Below, in pieces: positions 37,458 through 45,248 of a stretch of DNA of 60,915 nt (its first letter is position 1; each line of letters starts with the position of its first letter). Source of the DNA: Acidimicrobiales bacterium. GTDB taxonomy: Bacteria > Actinomycetota > Acidimicrobiia > Acidimicrobiales > JACCXE01. The stretch lies in contig DATLOH010000062.1 of NCBI GenBank assembly GCA_035536375.1, positions 1 to 60,915 on the forward strand, written 5' to 3'. The notes below the pieces were generated by a model that did no database searches, was not told where the DNA came from, and worked only from the letters and a program-made list of their open reading frames with translations. The position numbers and the translations under genes were made by a program.

Positions 37458-38876
37458 ATGGCCAGGACCCGCGAGCGCGAACGGCACGACGACGTCGTCG
37501 TGCTCGAGGACAATGCGCTCCTCCACCACGCCGTCGCGGGCGACAGTGCCGCGTTCGACGAGCTGTACCGGCGACATGCCGAATCGGCATTGCGCGTTGC
37601 ATACGCCGTCCTCACGAACAAGGACGACGCCGCCGACGCGGTGTCCGAGGCGTTCATCAAAGTCCTGCGCGTCGTCCAAGAGGGTCGATTTCCCCCGGGC
37701 GTCGCCTTCCGCCCCTACCTGCTCGTCGCCGCTCGGAACTCTGCGCTCGACATCGGACGCGGCCGGACACGACAACAACGGACCGTTGAGAAGGACCAGC
37801 CGTCGGCGGTGTCCGGCGCAGCGTCGCCCGCGTCGGCCGACTTCGTGCTCGACGGCGTTGACGCGCAGTTCGTCGCCAGCGCGTTCGCAAAGCTGCCGGA
37901 GCGGTGGCGCAGTGTGTTGTGGCTCACTGAGGTCGAAGGCGTCCCGGCGCGTGAAGCCGCGCCGATCCTGGGCCTGTCGGCCAATGGGGTCGCACAACTC
38001 GCCGTTCGTGCGCGCAACGGCTTGCGCAACGCCTATCTCCAAGTGCACCTTCAAGGCCACGTCGACGAGGCGTGCAAGCCGTTCGTCGCCGACCTCGGCG
38101 CCTACGTCGGAGGTGCGCTCACCGCTCGAGAGATCGCCAAGGTCGACCAACACATCGCCGGGTGCGACGCGTGCCGCGACCGCCGCGACGAGTTGGAAGA
38201 CCTGCGCACGACACTGCGTCGGATCGCGTTCCCGCTCCCGATCGCGCTCGCTGGCGCGGTGGCGGCGCGGTGGAAGCTCGCCAGTGCCGCCGGCAACGCC
38301 GTTGCGAGTTCTGTAGCTCCGACAATTGCGCGCGTCGGCCCGGACGCACTCATGCGGATGCGCACGCCGCTCACCGCTGGAGCGACCGTCATCGCCGGTC
38401 TCGGCATCATCTTCCTCGGCGTGCACGACGGCACGACGCCCACGACTGCTTCGCAGGAGGGCAGCCGGCCGCGCGCGTCGATCAGCGCTCCGCAGGCGAT
38501 CGTCGATGGATTCGACCTGCGTCTCGAGCCGATCACCTCGCGGCCCGAGGACGACGCGTTGCTCACGTCCTCGCCGCGGCTCGCCGCCGGTCCGCAGCCG
38601 CCGGCGGTCGCTAGTCAGCCGGGTGTCATCACGGGGCCACCGGCGAGCCCGCCCCCACCCAATCAGCCCAACACGAGCCCGCCCCCGAAGCCCGTGCCGC
38701 TCGCGCAAGCAGATGTCGGTGTTCCCGCGGCCGATACGCAAGCGTCGGTCGGCGCCGGGGCCGGCAGCTGCACGAGCCTCGAGCTCACACTGCTCGATGT
38801 CGGGGACTGCCCGGCGCCTTCCGGGTCCGGGCCGGTCAACATCGGCCTCGGCGGGTCTCTACTCGGCCGTAGCTGA
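37458..38876 (+). CDS. ECF sigma-70 family factor fused to a zf-HC2 anti-sigma domain, TM segment and Pro-rich extracytoplasmic tail
   Basis: Region 2 (FDELYRRHAESALRVAYAVL..DAADAVSEAFIKV), region 4 (WRSVLWLTEVEGVPAREAAPILGLSANGVAQLAVRARNGLR), then HIAGCDAC (H-x3-C-x2-C), hydrophobic helices and a PPASPPPPNQPNTSPPPKP tail, all in one ORF. Confidence 0.8.
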   Translation: MARTRERERHDDVVVLEDNALLHHAVAGDSAAFDELYRRHAESALRVAYAVLTNKDDAADAVSEAFIKVLRVVQEGRFPPGVAFRPYLLVAARNSALDIGRGRTRQQRTVEKDQPSAVSGAASPASADFVLDGVDAQFVASAFAKLPERWRSVLWLTEVEGVPAREAAPILGLSANGVAQLAVRARNGLRNAYLQVHLQGHVDEACKPFVADLGAYVGGALTAREIAKVDQHIAGCDACRDRRDELEDLRTTLRRIAFPLPIALAGAVAARWKLASAAGNAVASSVAPTIARVGPDALMRMRTPLTAGATVIAGLGIIFLGVHDGTTPTTASQEGSRPRASISAPQAIVDGFDLRLEPITSRPEDDALLTSSPRLAAGPQPPAVASQPGVITGPPASPPPPNQPNTSPPPKPVPLAQADVGVPAADTQASVGAGAGSCTSLELTLLDVGDCPAPSGSGPVNIGLGGSLLGRS

Positions 38877-38891
38877 GCCGTACCTACGCCT

Positions 38892-38932
38892 GAGGGCTCT
38901 GAACGCGCGCTGAACGCGCGCTCAAAGCCCTC
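38892..38932. terminator. hairpin between convergent sigma-factor and cspA genes, containing an 11-bp tandem duplication
   Basis: gagggct...agccctc outer stem. The inside carries ctgaacgcgcg twice in tandem and a near-palindromic GC-rich core. Confidence 0.5.
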
Positions 38933-38947
38933 TAGTGCACTTGGTGG

Positions 38948-39157
38948 TTAGGCGGGGCGGACGTTGGCGGCCTGAAGGCCCTTGTCGCCCTGCTGGACTT
39001 CGAACTCCACGGCCTGGCCTTCGGTCAGGTTGCGGTAGCCGTCCATCTGGATGGCGCTGAAATGGACAAACACGTCGGGCGAGCCGTCGGACTGGGTGAT
39101 GAACCCGTAGCCCTTCTCGCTGTTGAACCACTTGACGGTGCCTGTGGGCACGGGCAT
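38948..39157 (-). CDS. cspA: cold-shock protein (CspA family)
   Basis: [15 protein letters not shown] (RNP1) and DVFVHFS (RNP2); 69 aa. Confidence 0.95.
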   Translation of the reverse strand: MPVPTGTVKWFNSEKGYGFITQSDGSPDVFVHFSAIQMDGYRNLTEGQAVEFEVQQGDKGLQAANVRPA

Positions 39158-39236
39158 TCCCCTTTACAACTTCCGATAAAAGCGGGCCGCCGGCCGTGGC
39201 TGACGGTCCAGAAAGGACGCTACCGCGTGCCACCCA

Positions 39237-40598
39237 TCAACGGTGCACCCTCGTGCCCCCAGCGGTGTCCTCGACCGTCCATCCGCGCGCAACGAGCTCG
39301 TCGCGGATCTCGTCCGCACGGCTGAAGTCGCGGGAAGCGCGCGCTGCGTCGCGCGCAGCGACGAGCGCTTCGGTCTCGGGGTCGACGTCTGCGTCGCCTG
39401 CTTGAAGTACGAGGCCAACCGCGCTGGTGAGCTCGAGCACCGTCGCCGCCAGTGACTCAGCGACGGCGCGGTCACCGCGGTCGTCGGCGGCGTTCGCATC
39501 CCGGACGAGGTCGAACACGACTGCCATGGCTCGGGGTGTGTTGAAGTCGTCGTCGAGAAAGCCGGTGAACCGCTCGACCGACTCCGTGTGCGCGGGCGCG
39601 GGCTTCACGCCCGCAAACCGCCGCGCCAGCGCGTCGAGACCGGCCAAGCTGCGCTCGGCCTGGTCGATCGTGTTCTGCGTGACCTGAAGCGGGCCGCGGT
39701 AATGGGACTGGAGCACGAGCAAGCGGTAGGCGCGACCGTCGACACGTTCGAGCATGTCGGTGAGCGACACGAAGTTGTTGAGCGACTTCGACATCTTCTC
39801 GCCGCCCTCCGCCACGACCATCCCGCTGTGGACCCAGTAGCGCGCGAACTTGCGGCCCGCGCCGAGCGCCTGCGCGCGCTCGTTCTCGTGGTGCGGGAAC
39901 GTGAGGTCGTTCCCTCCGCCGTGCAGATCGAAATCCTCGCCGAGCAGGTCGAGCGCCATCACCGTGCACTCGATGTGCCAACCCGGGCGCCCAGCACCCC
40001 AAGGCGATTCCCATTCCGGCTCGCCCGGCTTTGCCTTCTTCCACAACGCGAAGTCGAGCGCCGACCGCTTCTCGTCTTCGCCCACGACGGTGCGGTCACC
40101 GCCTCCGGCCCGCAGCGACTCAAGAGACTGACGCGCCAACAAGCCGTAACCGTCGAGCGACGCGGTGTCGAAGTACACACCATCGGATGTGGCGTACGCG
40201 TGGTCGCTGTCGATCAGCCCGGCGATGTAGTCGACCATGCGCTCGACATAGGCGGTGGCGTGCGGCTCCTCGTCAGGGTGCAGCACGCCGAGGCGGTCCA
40301 TTGCGTCCCACCACGCCTTCTCATAAGTACGCACGACCTCTTCGGTAGAGATGCCGTCCTCGTTCGCCTTGCGGATGATCTTGTCCTCGATGTCGGTGAT
40401 GTTCGACACGTAGCGCACTTCGAGGCCGCGCCACTCGAGATACCGCCGCAGCAGGTCCCACACGAGGACGAACCGGCCGTGACCGATGTGAGGAACGTCG
40501 TAGACGGTCGGGCCGCACACGTACATCGACACCTTGCCCTCCTCGCGGAGCGACAGGTCGGTGACCCGGCCTAATGCAGTGTCGTGTAGGCGCAGCAC
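39237..40598 (-). CDS. cysS: cysteine--tRNA ligase
   Basis: [18 protein letters not shown] (HIGH), KMSKSLNNF and [12 protein letters not shown] 40598 leaves 24 residues before MYVCG, the same spacing as in E. coli CysRS. The 705-aa track ORF is an artefactual 5' extension. Confidence 0.9.
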   Translation of the reverse strand: MLRLHDTALGRVTDLSLREEGKVSMYVCGPTVYDVPHIGHGRFVLVWDLLRRYLEWRGLEVRYVSNITDIEDKIIRKANEDGISTEEVVRTYEKAWWDAMDRLGVLHPDEEPHATAYVERMVDYIAGLIDSDHAYATSDGVYFDTASLDGYGLLARQSLESLRAGGGDRTVVGEDEKRSALDFALWKKAKPGEPEWESPWGAGRPGWHIECTVMALDLLGEDFDLHGGGNDLTFPHHENERAQALGAGRKFARYWVHSGMVVAEGGEKMSKSLNNFVSLTDMLERVDGRAYRLLVLQSHYRGPLQVTQNTIDQAERSLAGLDALARRFAGVKPAPAHTESVERFTGFLDDDFNTPRAMAVVFDLVRDANAADDRGDRAVAESLAATVLELTSAVGLVLQAGDADVDPETEALVAARDAARASRDFSRADEIRDELVARGWTVEDTAGGTRVHR

Positions 40599-40619
40599 GC
40601 AGGTACGGTACAGCGCACC

Positions 40620-43124
40620 ATGAAGCGAACAGTCCCTGAAAAGCCGGTCCTCGAGGGACTCGAAGCGAAGTGGGGCGAGCGCTGGGAAGCCGACGGCACC
40701 TACCGCTTCGATCGCACGAAGACTCGCGACGAGATTTACTCGGTCGACACGCCGCCTCCGACGGTGAGCGGTCACCTGCACATCGGTCACTGCTCGTCCT
40801 ACACGCACACCGATCTGATCGTGCGCTACCAGCGCATGCGCGGCCGCGAGGTCTTCTATCCGATGGGCTGGGACGACAACGGCCTCAACATCGAGCGTCG
40901 CACGCAGATCAACTACGGCGTCATCTGCGACCCGTCGCTGCCCTACGACCCCGCCTTTCGCGCGCCGGAGAAGCCGCCGAAGGACCCGATCGCGGTGTCG
41001 CGCCCGAACTTCGTCGAGCTCTGCTCCCAGCTCACGCTCGAACTCGAGGAGGAGTACCGCACACTCTGGACCGCGCTCGGGCTGTCGTGCGACTGGACCT
41101 ACCTGTACCGAACGATCGCGCCCGACGTCACGCAGATCTCGCAACTTGCCTTCCTCCGTCTCGTCGAGCGCGGTCAGGCGTTCCGAGTCGAAGCGCCAAC
41201 ACTCTGGGACGTCGACTTCCAGACGTCGCTTGCGCAAGCCGATCTCGAGGACCGCGAGATGCCGGGCGCCTACCACCGCATTCGCTTCGGCGACATCGAG
41301 ATCGACACGACGCGACCGGAACTGATACCGGCGTGCGTCGCGCTCGTCGCCCACCCCGAGGACGAGCGGTTCAAGCCGCGCTTCGGTACCACGGTGCGTT
41401 CACCGTTGTTCGGTGTTGAAGTTCCGATCGTCGCGCACGAGCTCGCCGACCCCGAGAAGGGCACGGGCATCGCCATGATCTGCACGTTCGGTGACCAGAC
41501 CGACGTCATCTGGTGGCGCGACCTCGACCTGCCAGTTCGCAGCATCATGGGTCGCGACGGTCGGCTGCTCCCGGTCGAATGGGACCACGCCGAGGCCCAG
41601 CGCTGCTACGACGAACTGGCCGGGCGCAGCGCGAAGCAGGCGCAGAAGCGCATCGTCGAGCTGTTGCGCGAGTCGGGCGACCTTGTCGGTGAGCCGCGTG
41701 AGATCACCCACGCGGTCAAATTCTGGGAGAACGGCAAGCGCCCGCTCGAGATCGTCACGACCCGGCAATGGTTCATCAAGTTCCCGCCGAAGGACGTGCT
41801 CTTCGAGCGCGCCCGGGCGTTGAACTTCCACCCGGAGTTCATGCAGGTCCGGATGGAGAACTGGATCGAAGGACTCGCCGGCGATTGGAACATCACGCGT
41901 CAGCGGTTCTTCGGCGTGCCTTTCCCGGTCTGGTATCGGATGGGTCCGGACGGTGAGGTGCTGTGGGACGAACCGATCGCCGCAGCACTCGACGCGCTGC
42001 CGGTCGACCCGTCAACTGATACGCCCGCGGGCTTCACCGAGGCCCAGCGCAACCAACCGGGCGGGTTCGTCGGCGACCCCGACGTGATGGACACGTGGGC
42101 GACGTCGTCGATGAGCCCGGAGTACGTGTCCGGATGGCAGCGCGATCCCGATCTGTTCGAACGCGTCTTCCCGATGGACCTGCGCCCCCAGGCGCACGAC
42201 ATCATCCGGACCTGGCTCTTCTACACAGTCGTGCGCGCCGAGTTCGAATTCGGCACGCTGCCGTTCAAGGAAGTGGCGATCTCCGGTTTCGTCCAGGATC
42301 CGGATCGCAAGAAGATGTCGAAGTCCGCCGGCAACGCGGAGGACGACCCGTTCGAGGTGATCGCCAAGAACGGCGCCGACTCATTGCGCTACTGGGCCGC
42401 GGGCGCGCGCCCGGGTCGTGACCTGTTCGTCGACCGAAATCAGTTCAAGATCGGCCGTCGTTTGGCCATGAAAATTCTCAACGCATCGCGATTCGCGCTC
42501 AGCTTCGGTGAGCCCGATGCGGACGCGACCGTGACCGAGGCAATCGACCAAGCGCTGCTGGCGTCACTGCGTACAACAGTGGCCGAAGCCACCACAGCGT
42601 TCGAGAGCTACGACTACAGCCGTGCGCGCGATGTCACCGAAGCGTTCTTCTGGGGTTTCTGTGACAACTACCTCGAACTCGTGAAGGGACGCGCTTACGG
42701 CAACGACGCTCACAGCGCCGCGGCGACGGCGTCGGCCCGCCGCACCCTCGAGGTCGCGCTGTCGGTGCAGCTCCGGTTGTTCGCTCCGTCCATGGCCTAT
42801 GTGACGGAAGAGGTTTGGTCGTGGTGGCAGGAAGGCTCGATCCATCGCTCGTCGTGGCCCACGACAGATGAGATCGACGCCTCCGGTGCCGGTGACGACG
42901 TCGCGACCCTCGACGCCGCGTCCGAGGTGCTCGCCGTCGTTCGGCGCACGAAGACCGAAGCGAAGGTCGGCATGCGCACTCCCGTCGCCCGTCTGGAAGT
43001 GCGCGACACCGCCGAGCGCGTCGCCGCAATCCGCATGGCCGAGGCCGACCTCCGCGAAGCCGGAGTCGTCACCGACCTCGAAATCGCCGAAGGCGACCCC
43101 AACATCACCGTTACCCTCGCGTAA
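40620..43124 (+). CDS. valS: valine--tRNA ligase (actinobacterial PMGWDDNGL type, no long C-terminal coiled coil)
   Basis: VPEKPVLEGLEAKW N-terminus, PPPTVSGHLHIGH, PMGWDDNGLNIERR, KMSKSAGN. Confidence 0.9.
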   Translation: MKRTVPEKPVLEGLEAKWGERWEADGTYRFDRTKTRDEIYSVDTPPPTVSGHLHIGHCSSYTHTDLIVRYQRMRGREVFYPMGWDDNGLNIERRTQINYGVICDPSLPYDPAFRAPEKPPKDPIAVSRPNFVELCSQLTLELEEEYRTLWTALGLSCDWTYLYRTIAPDVTQISQLAFLRLVERGQAFRVEAPTLWDVDFQTSLAQADLEDREMPGAYHRIRFGDIEIDTTRPELIPACVALVAHPEDERFKPRFGTTVRSPLFGVEVPIVAHELADPEKGTGIAMICTFGDQTDVIWWRDLDLPVRSIMGRDGRLLPVEWDHAEAQRCYDELAGRSAKQAQKRIVELLRESGDLVGEPREITHAVKFWENGKRPLEIVTTRQWFIKFPPKDVLFERARALNFHPEFMQVRMENWIEGLAGDWNITRQRFFGVPFPVWYRMGPDGEVLWDEPIAAALDALPVDPSTDTPAGFTEAQRNQPGGFVGDPDVMDTWATSSMSPEYVSGWQRDPDLFERVFPMDLRPQAHDIIRTWLFYTVVRAEFEFGTLPFKEVAISGFVQDPDRKKMSKSAGNAEDDPFEVIAKNGADSLRYWAAGARPGRDLFVDRNQFKIGRRLAMKILNASRFALSFGEPDADATVTEAIDQALLASLRTTVAEATTAFESYDYSRARDVTEAFFWGFCDNYLELVKGRAYGNDAHSAAATASARRTLEVALSVQLRLFAPSMAYVTEEVWSWWQEGSIHRSSWPTTDEIDASGAGDDVATLDAASEVLAVVRRTKTEAKVGMRTPVARLEVRDTAERVAAIRMAEADLREAGVVTDLEIAEGDPNITVTLA

Positions 43125-43283
43125 CGCGGCGGGCGATGTCGCGCCGGACGTTGCAGGGGCGGCCGTATCGCCTCCCCCGGCAGGCTCCTTGACGCCTCGC
43201 CCGGCGACACGGCCGCCCCTTGGCCACGTCACCTGGGCGGGACGGCGGGACGGCGTGCCGGAGGCGAACGCAGCTGCCGGGTT

Positions 43284-43415
43284 GTCGGTTCACGTGGGTG
43301 CATTTTCGGGCCTCGTCGGTTCACGTGGGGGTTCTGCGGCGAGCCGTCGGTTTAGGTGGGTGTAGGACGCCCACCTGAACCGACACCGCCCACGATTACC
43401 CGCACGTGAACCGAC
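43284..43415. repeat. 31-bp-phased inverted array of a 15-nt CACGTG-containing motif (3 forward, 2 reverse copies)
   Basis: Forward GTCGGTTCACGTGGG at 43284 and 43315, and GTCGGTTTAGGTGGG at 43346. Reverse CCCACCTGAACCGAC at 43370 and CGCACGTGAACCGAC at 43401. Spacing is exactly 31 nt within each set. Confidence 0.85.
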
Positions 43416-43472
43416 ACCGCCTGCTCGCGCGCCGTCCTTCCACGCCGGTGGGCCGGCTACGCCGGACGCCGG

Positions 43473-43603
43473 CACGCGAGCGGAGCGAGCCTTCACGCGA
43501 GCGCAGCGAGCACCAGCTCGTCCGAGCGCAGCGAGGACGAAACAGCGACCAGCGAGGACGAAACAGCGACAGCGAGGACGAAACAGCGACAGCGAGGACG
43601 AAA
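43473..43603. repeat. 20/21-bp tandem repeat (minisatellite); perfect core 43530-43603
   Basis: agcgaggacgaaacagcgac(c) x3 plus a 13-nt partial unit, preceded by two degenerate 21-nt units (cacgcgagcg[g/c]agcgagc...). It abuts the stop codon of the L,D-transpeptidase gene. Confidence 0.9.
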
Positions 43604-43607
43604 GGCG

Positions 43608-44192
43608 CTACGGGCGAATCGCTACCGGGGTGGCGAGGGGGAGGAACGATGCGAGGTGGCGGATGACGTCGTTGGTGACGCGGATGCAGCCGTGGCTGGC
43701 GTCGCGGCCCACGGAGGATGGGTCGTTCGTGCCGTGGATGCCGACTACGCCGTCGCCGCTGCCGAACTTCTGATACACGTCGCTGTAACCCGAGAGCCCG
43801 AACGCGTATGGGCCGTAGGCGCCGTTCGGGTTGCTCGGCTGGAGCAGGTCGGTTACGAAGAATTGCCCGGTCGGCGTGGGCGTCGACCCCTTCCCGACGG
43901 CGACGGGTTCGTCGACGACGACTCGGCCGGCGTCGTACACGCGGATGCGGTGCGCGGCCTGCTCTACGACAACCGAGAACTCGTGTGTCGTGACGCTGAC
44001 ATCGGCGCGTTTGACCCAGCCGACGCTGCGGTTGGGACGGATCGGGAGGAGCACCTTCAACCAGTCGCCGTCCTCTCCGACGACGAGCACAACCCGCGGC
44101 GAGCCGTTCGGAGTCGGGTTGGCGAGATGAATCGCTGCGTCCTCGCCGGGACGCTTCGACACGGGCAGGCCCTCACGCGCCGCGCGCGCCAC
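43608..44192 (-). CDS. L,D-transpeptidase (YkuD catalytic domain) - ORF as it stands lacks a signal peptide
   Basis: PTPTGQFFV...GIHGTNDPSSVGRDASHGCIRVTNDVI (the HxxxxxxxxxxxxSHGCIR motif). The GTG 44192 start follows an in-frame TAG by one codon. Confidence 0.8.
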   Translation of the reverse strand: MARAAREGLPVSKRPGEDAAIHLANPTPNGSPRVVLVVGEDGDWLKVLLPIRPNRSVGWVKRADVSVTTHEFSVVVEQAAHRIRVYDAGRVVVDEPVAVGKGSTPTPTGQFFVTDLLQPSNPNGAYGPYAFGLSGYSDVYQKFGSGDGVVGIHGTNDPSSVGRDASHGCIRVTNDVIRHLASFLPLATPVAIRP

Positions 44193-44195
44193 CGA

Positions 44196-44567
44196 CTACG
44201 GCCCGGCACCGACTTCTCCGGCCATCCGTTCCCAAGCAGAGCCCGGTGCGTGCGGACGCGCCTGCCGCTCCGGGCGCACAGCCGTGGGGCGGCTTGCAGC
44301 GGCCCCCGCCCGGCGAGGCGGGCGCACAGCGACTACCGCTGCCGATGATGGCGCCGCCGGCGCGACGGTGGACGCGGCGGCTACGGCAGTAGTACTCGGC
44401 GTGGGTGGCGTGCTCCATTCGGCGGCGAGTCGGTCCATGCGACCAATTGTGTCGACGTCCGTTGATGCGCGATGCGCGAGTCGCCCAGTGGGTGGCGAAG
44501 CCACACACCCCACGAAAAGGCAGCCCCCAACGAGCGAAGCAGCGATGAGCCGTCCCAGCGCGCGCAT
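44196..44567 (-). pseudogene. probable N-terminal (lipoprotein signal + linker) part of the L,D-transpeptidase, cut off by in-frame TAG 44196-44198
   Basis: Same frame as 43608-44192. ATG 44567 gives MRALGRLIAASLVGGCLFVGCVASPP (signal/lipobox-like) followed by an Ala/Pro/Thr/Ser linker. Confidence 0.45.
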
Positions 44568-44591
44568 CCGGACCAAGGCTACCGTCCGGGC

Positions 44592-45236
44592 GTGGCCATC
44601 GCATCGGCGAACCGAGGGGATTTTCGCCGGCTCCACGACGAGGAGAACGCCGACTTCGCGCTCTACCTGCGCGGCCTGCCCGAACAGGATTGGGAGCGGC
44701 CTTCGCTGTGCGACGGCTGGCGGGTGCGCGACGTGGTCGGCCACATCCTCTACGGCAACGAGGTGAAGCTCTGGACGCTGCCGTTCCGACTCGCTCGCTA
44801 CGGGTTCTCGTCGGACCGCTCGGGCAAGGCGTACTCGATCGCGCGCGCCGAGGGCCGATCGCCGACTGAGCTCGTCGACGCGTTCGAGCGCCGCGACCCG
44901 TGGGCCGGCACCTGCCGCGTGTTCCCACCCCGCCTCACACTGCTCGACCGGCTTGTGCACCACCAGGACATCCGTCGAGCGCTCAATCACACACGGACGA
45001 TCCCGGACGAGCGCCTGGTCGCTGCGCTGGATGGCACGCCCAAGCTGGGCTCGGTCTTCGGCGCACGCCGGCGGACACGCGGCCTGCGCCTCGAGGCGAC
45101 CGACCTCGATTGGTCCTGGGGCGACGGGCCCGCGGTGCAGGGTCCGGGCGAGGCGTTGCTCATGGCCATGCTCGGGCGCGACGCGGCGCTCGCCGATCTC
45201 GCAGGCGAGGGCGTCGAGACGCTCGCGTCGCGCTGA
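44592..45236 (+). CDS. maleylpyruvate isomerase family mycothiol-dependent (DinB/MDMPI_N) protein
   Basis: LRGLPEQDWERPSLCDGWRVRDVVGHI and LDRLVHHQDIRRA. Start guessed at GTG 44592; the track ATG 44472 would overlap the divergent gene. Confidence 0.7.
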   Translation: MAIASANRGDFRRLHDEENADFALYLRGLPEQDWERPSLCDGWRVRDVVGHILYGNEVKLWTLPFRLARYGFSSDRSGKAYSIARAEGRSPTELVDAFERRDPWAGTCRVFPPRLTLLDRLVHHQDIRRALNHTRTIPDERLVAALDGTPKLGSVFGARRRTRGLRLEATDLDWSWGDGPAVQGPGEALLMAMLGRDAALADLAGEGVETLASR

Positions 45237-45248
45237 CGACCGCAGTCC

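Noticed and set aside
39237-41354. 705-aa ORF in the track covering cysS and extending 756 nt upstream across the valS 5' region on the opposite strand.
   Set aside because: Only the C-terminal 453 residues resemble CysRS. GTG 40598 reproduces the canonical N-terminal length, and the extension is motif-free antisense to valS.
40620-43124. valS looked atypical for a bacterium (PMGWDDNGL instead of GTDHAGIATQ, 834 aa, no C-terminal coiled coil), suggesting horizontal acquisition of an archaeal-like ValRS.
   Set aside because: I recognise the same VPEKP.LEGLE...PMGWDDNGL signature from ValRS of other Actinomycetota (e.g. bifidobacteria), so this is most likely a lineage-typical form and not a recent transfer. 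A phylogeny would be needed to say more.
43530-43603. Possible CRISPR array, because of near-perfect short direct repeats.
   Set aside because: The units are directly tandem with no spacers, there are only about 3.6 copies of 20 nt, and no cas genes are in the window. It is a minisatellite.
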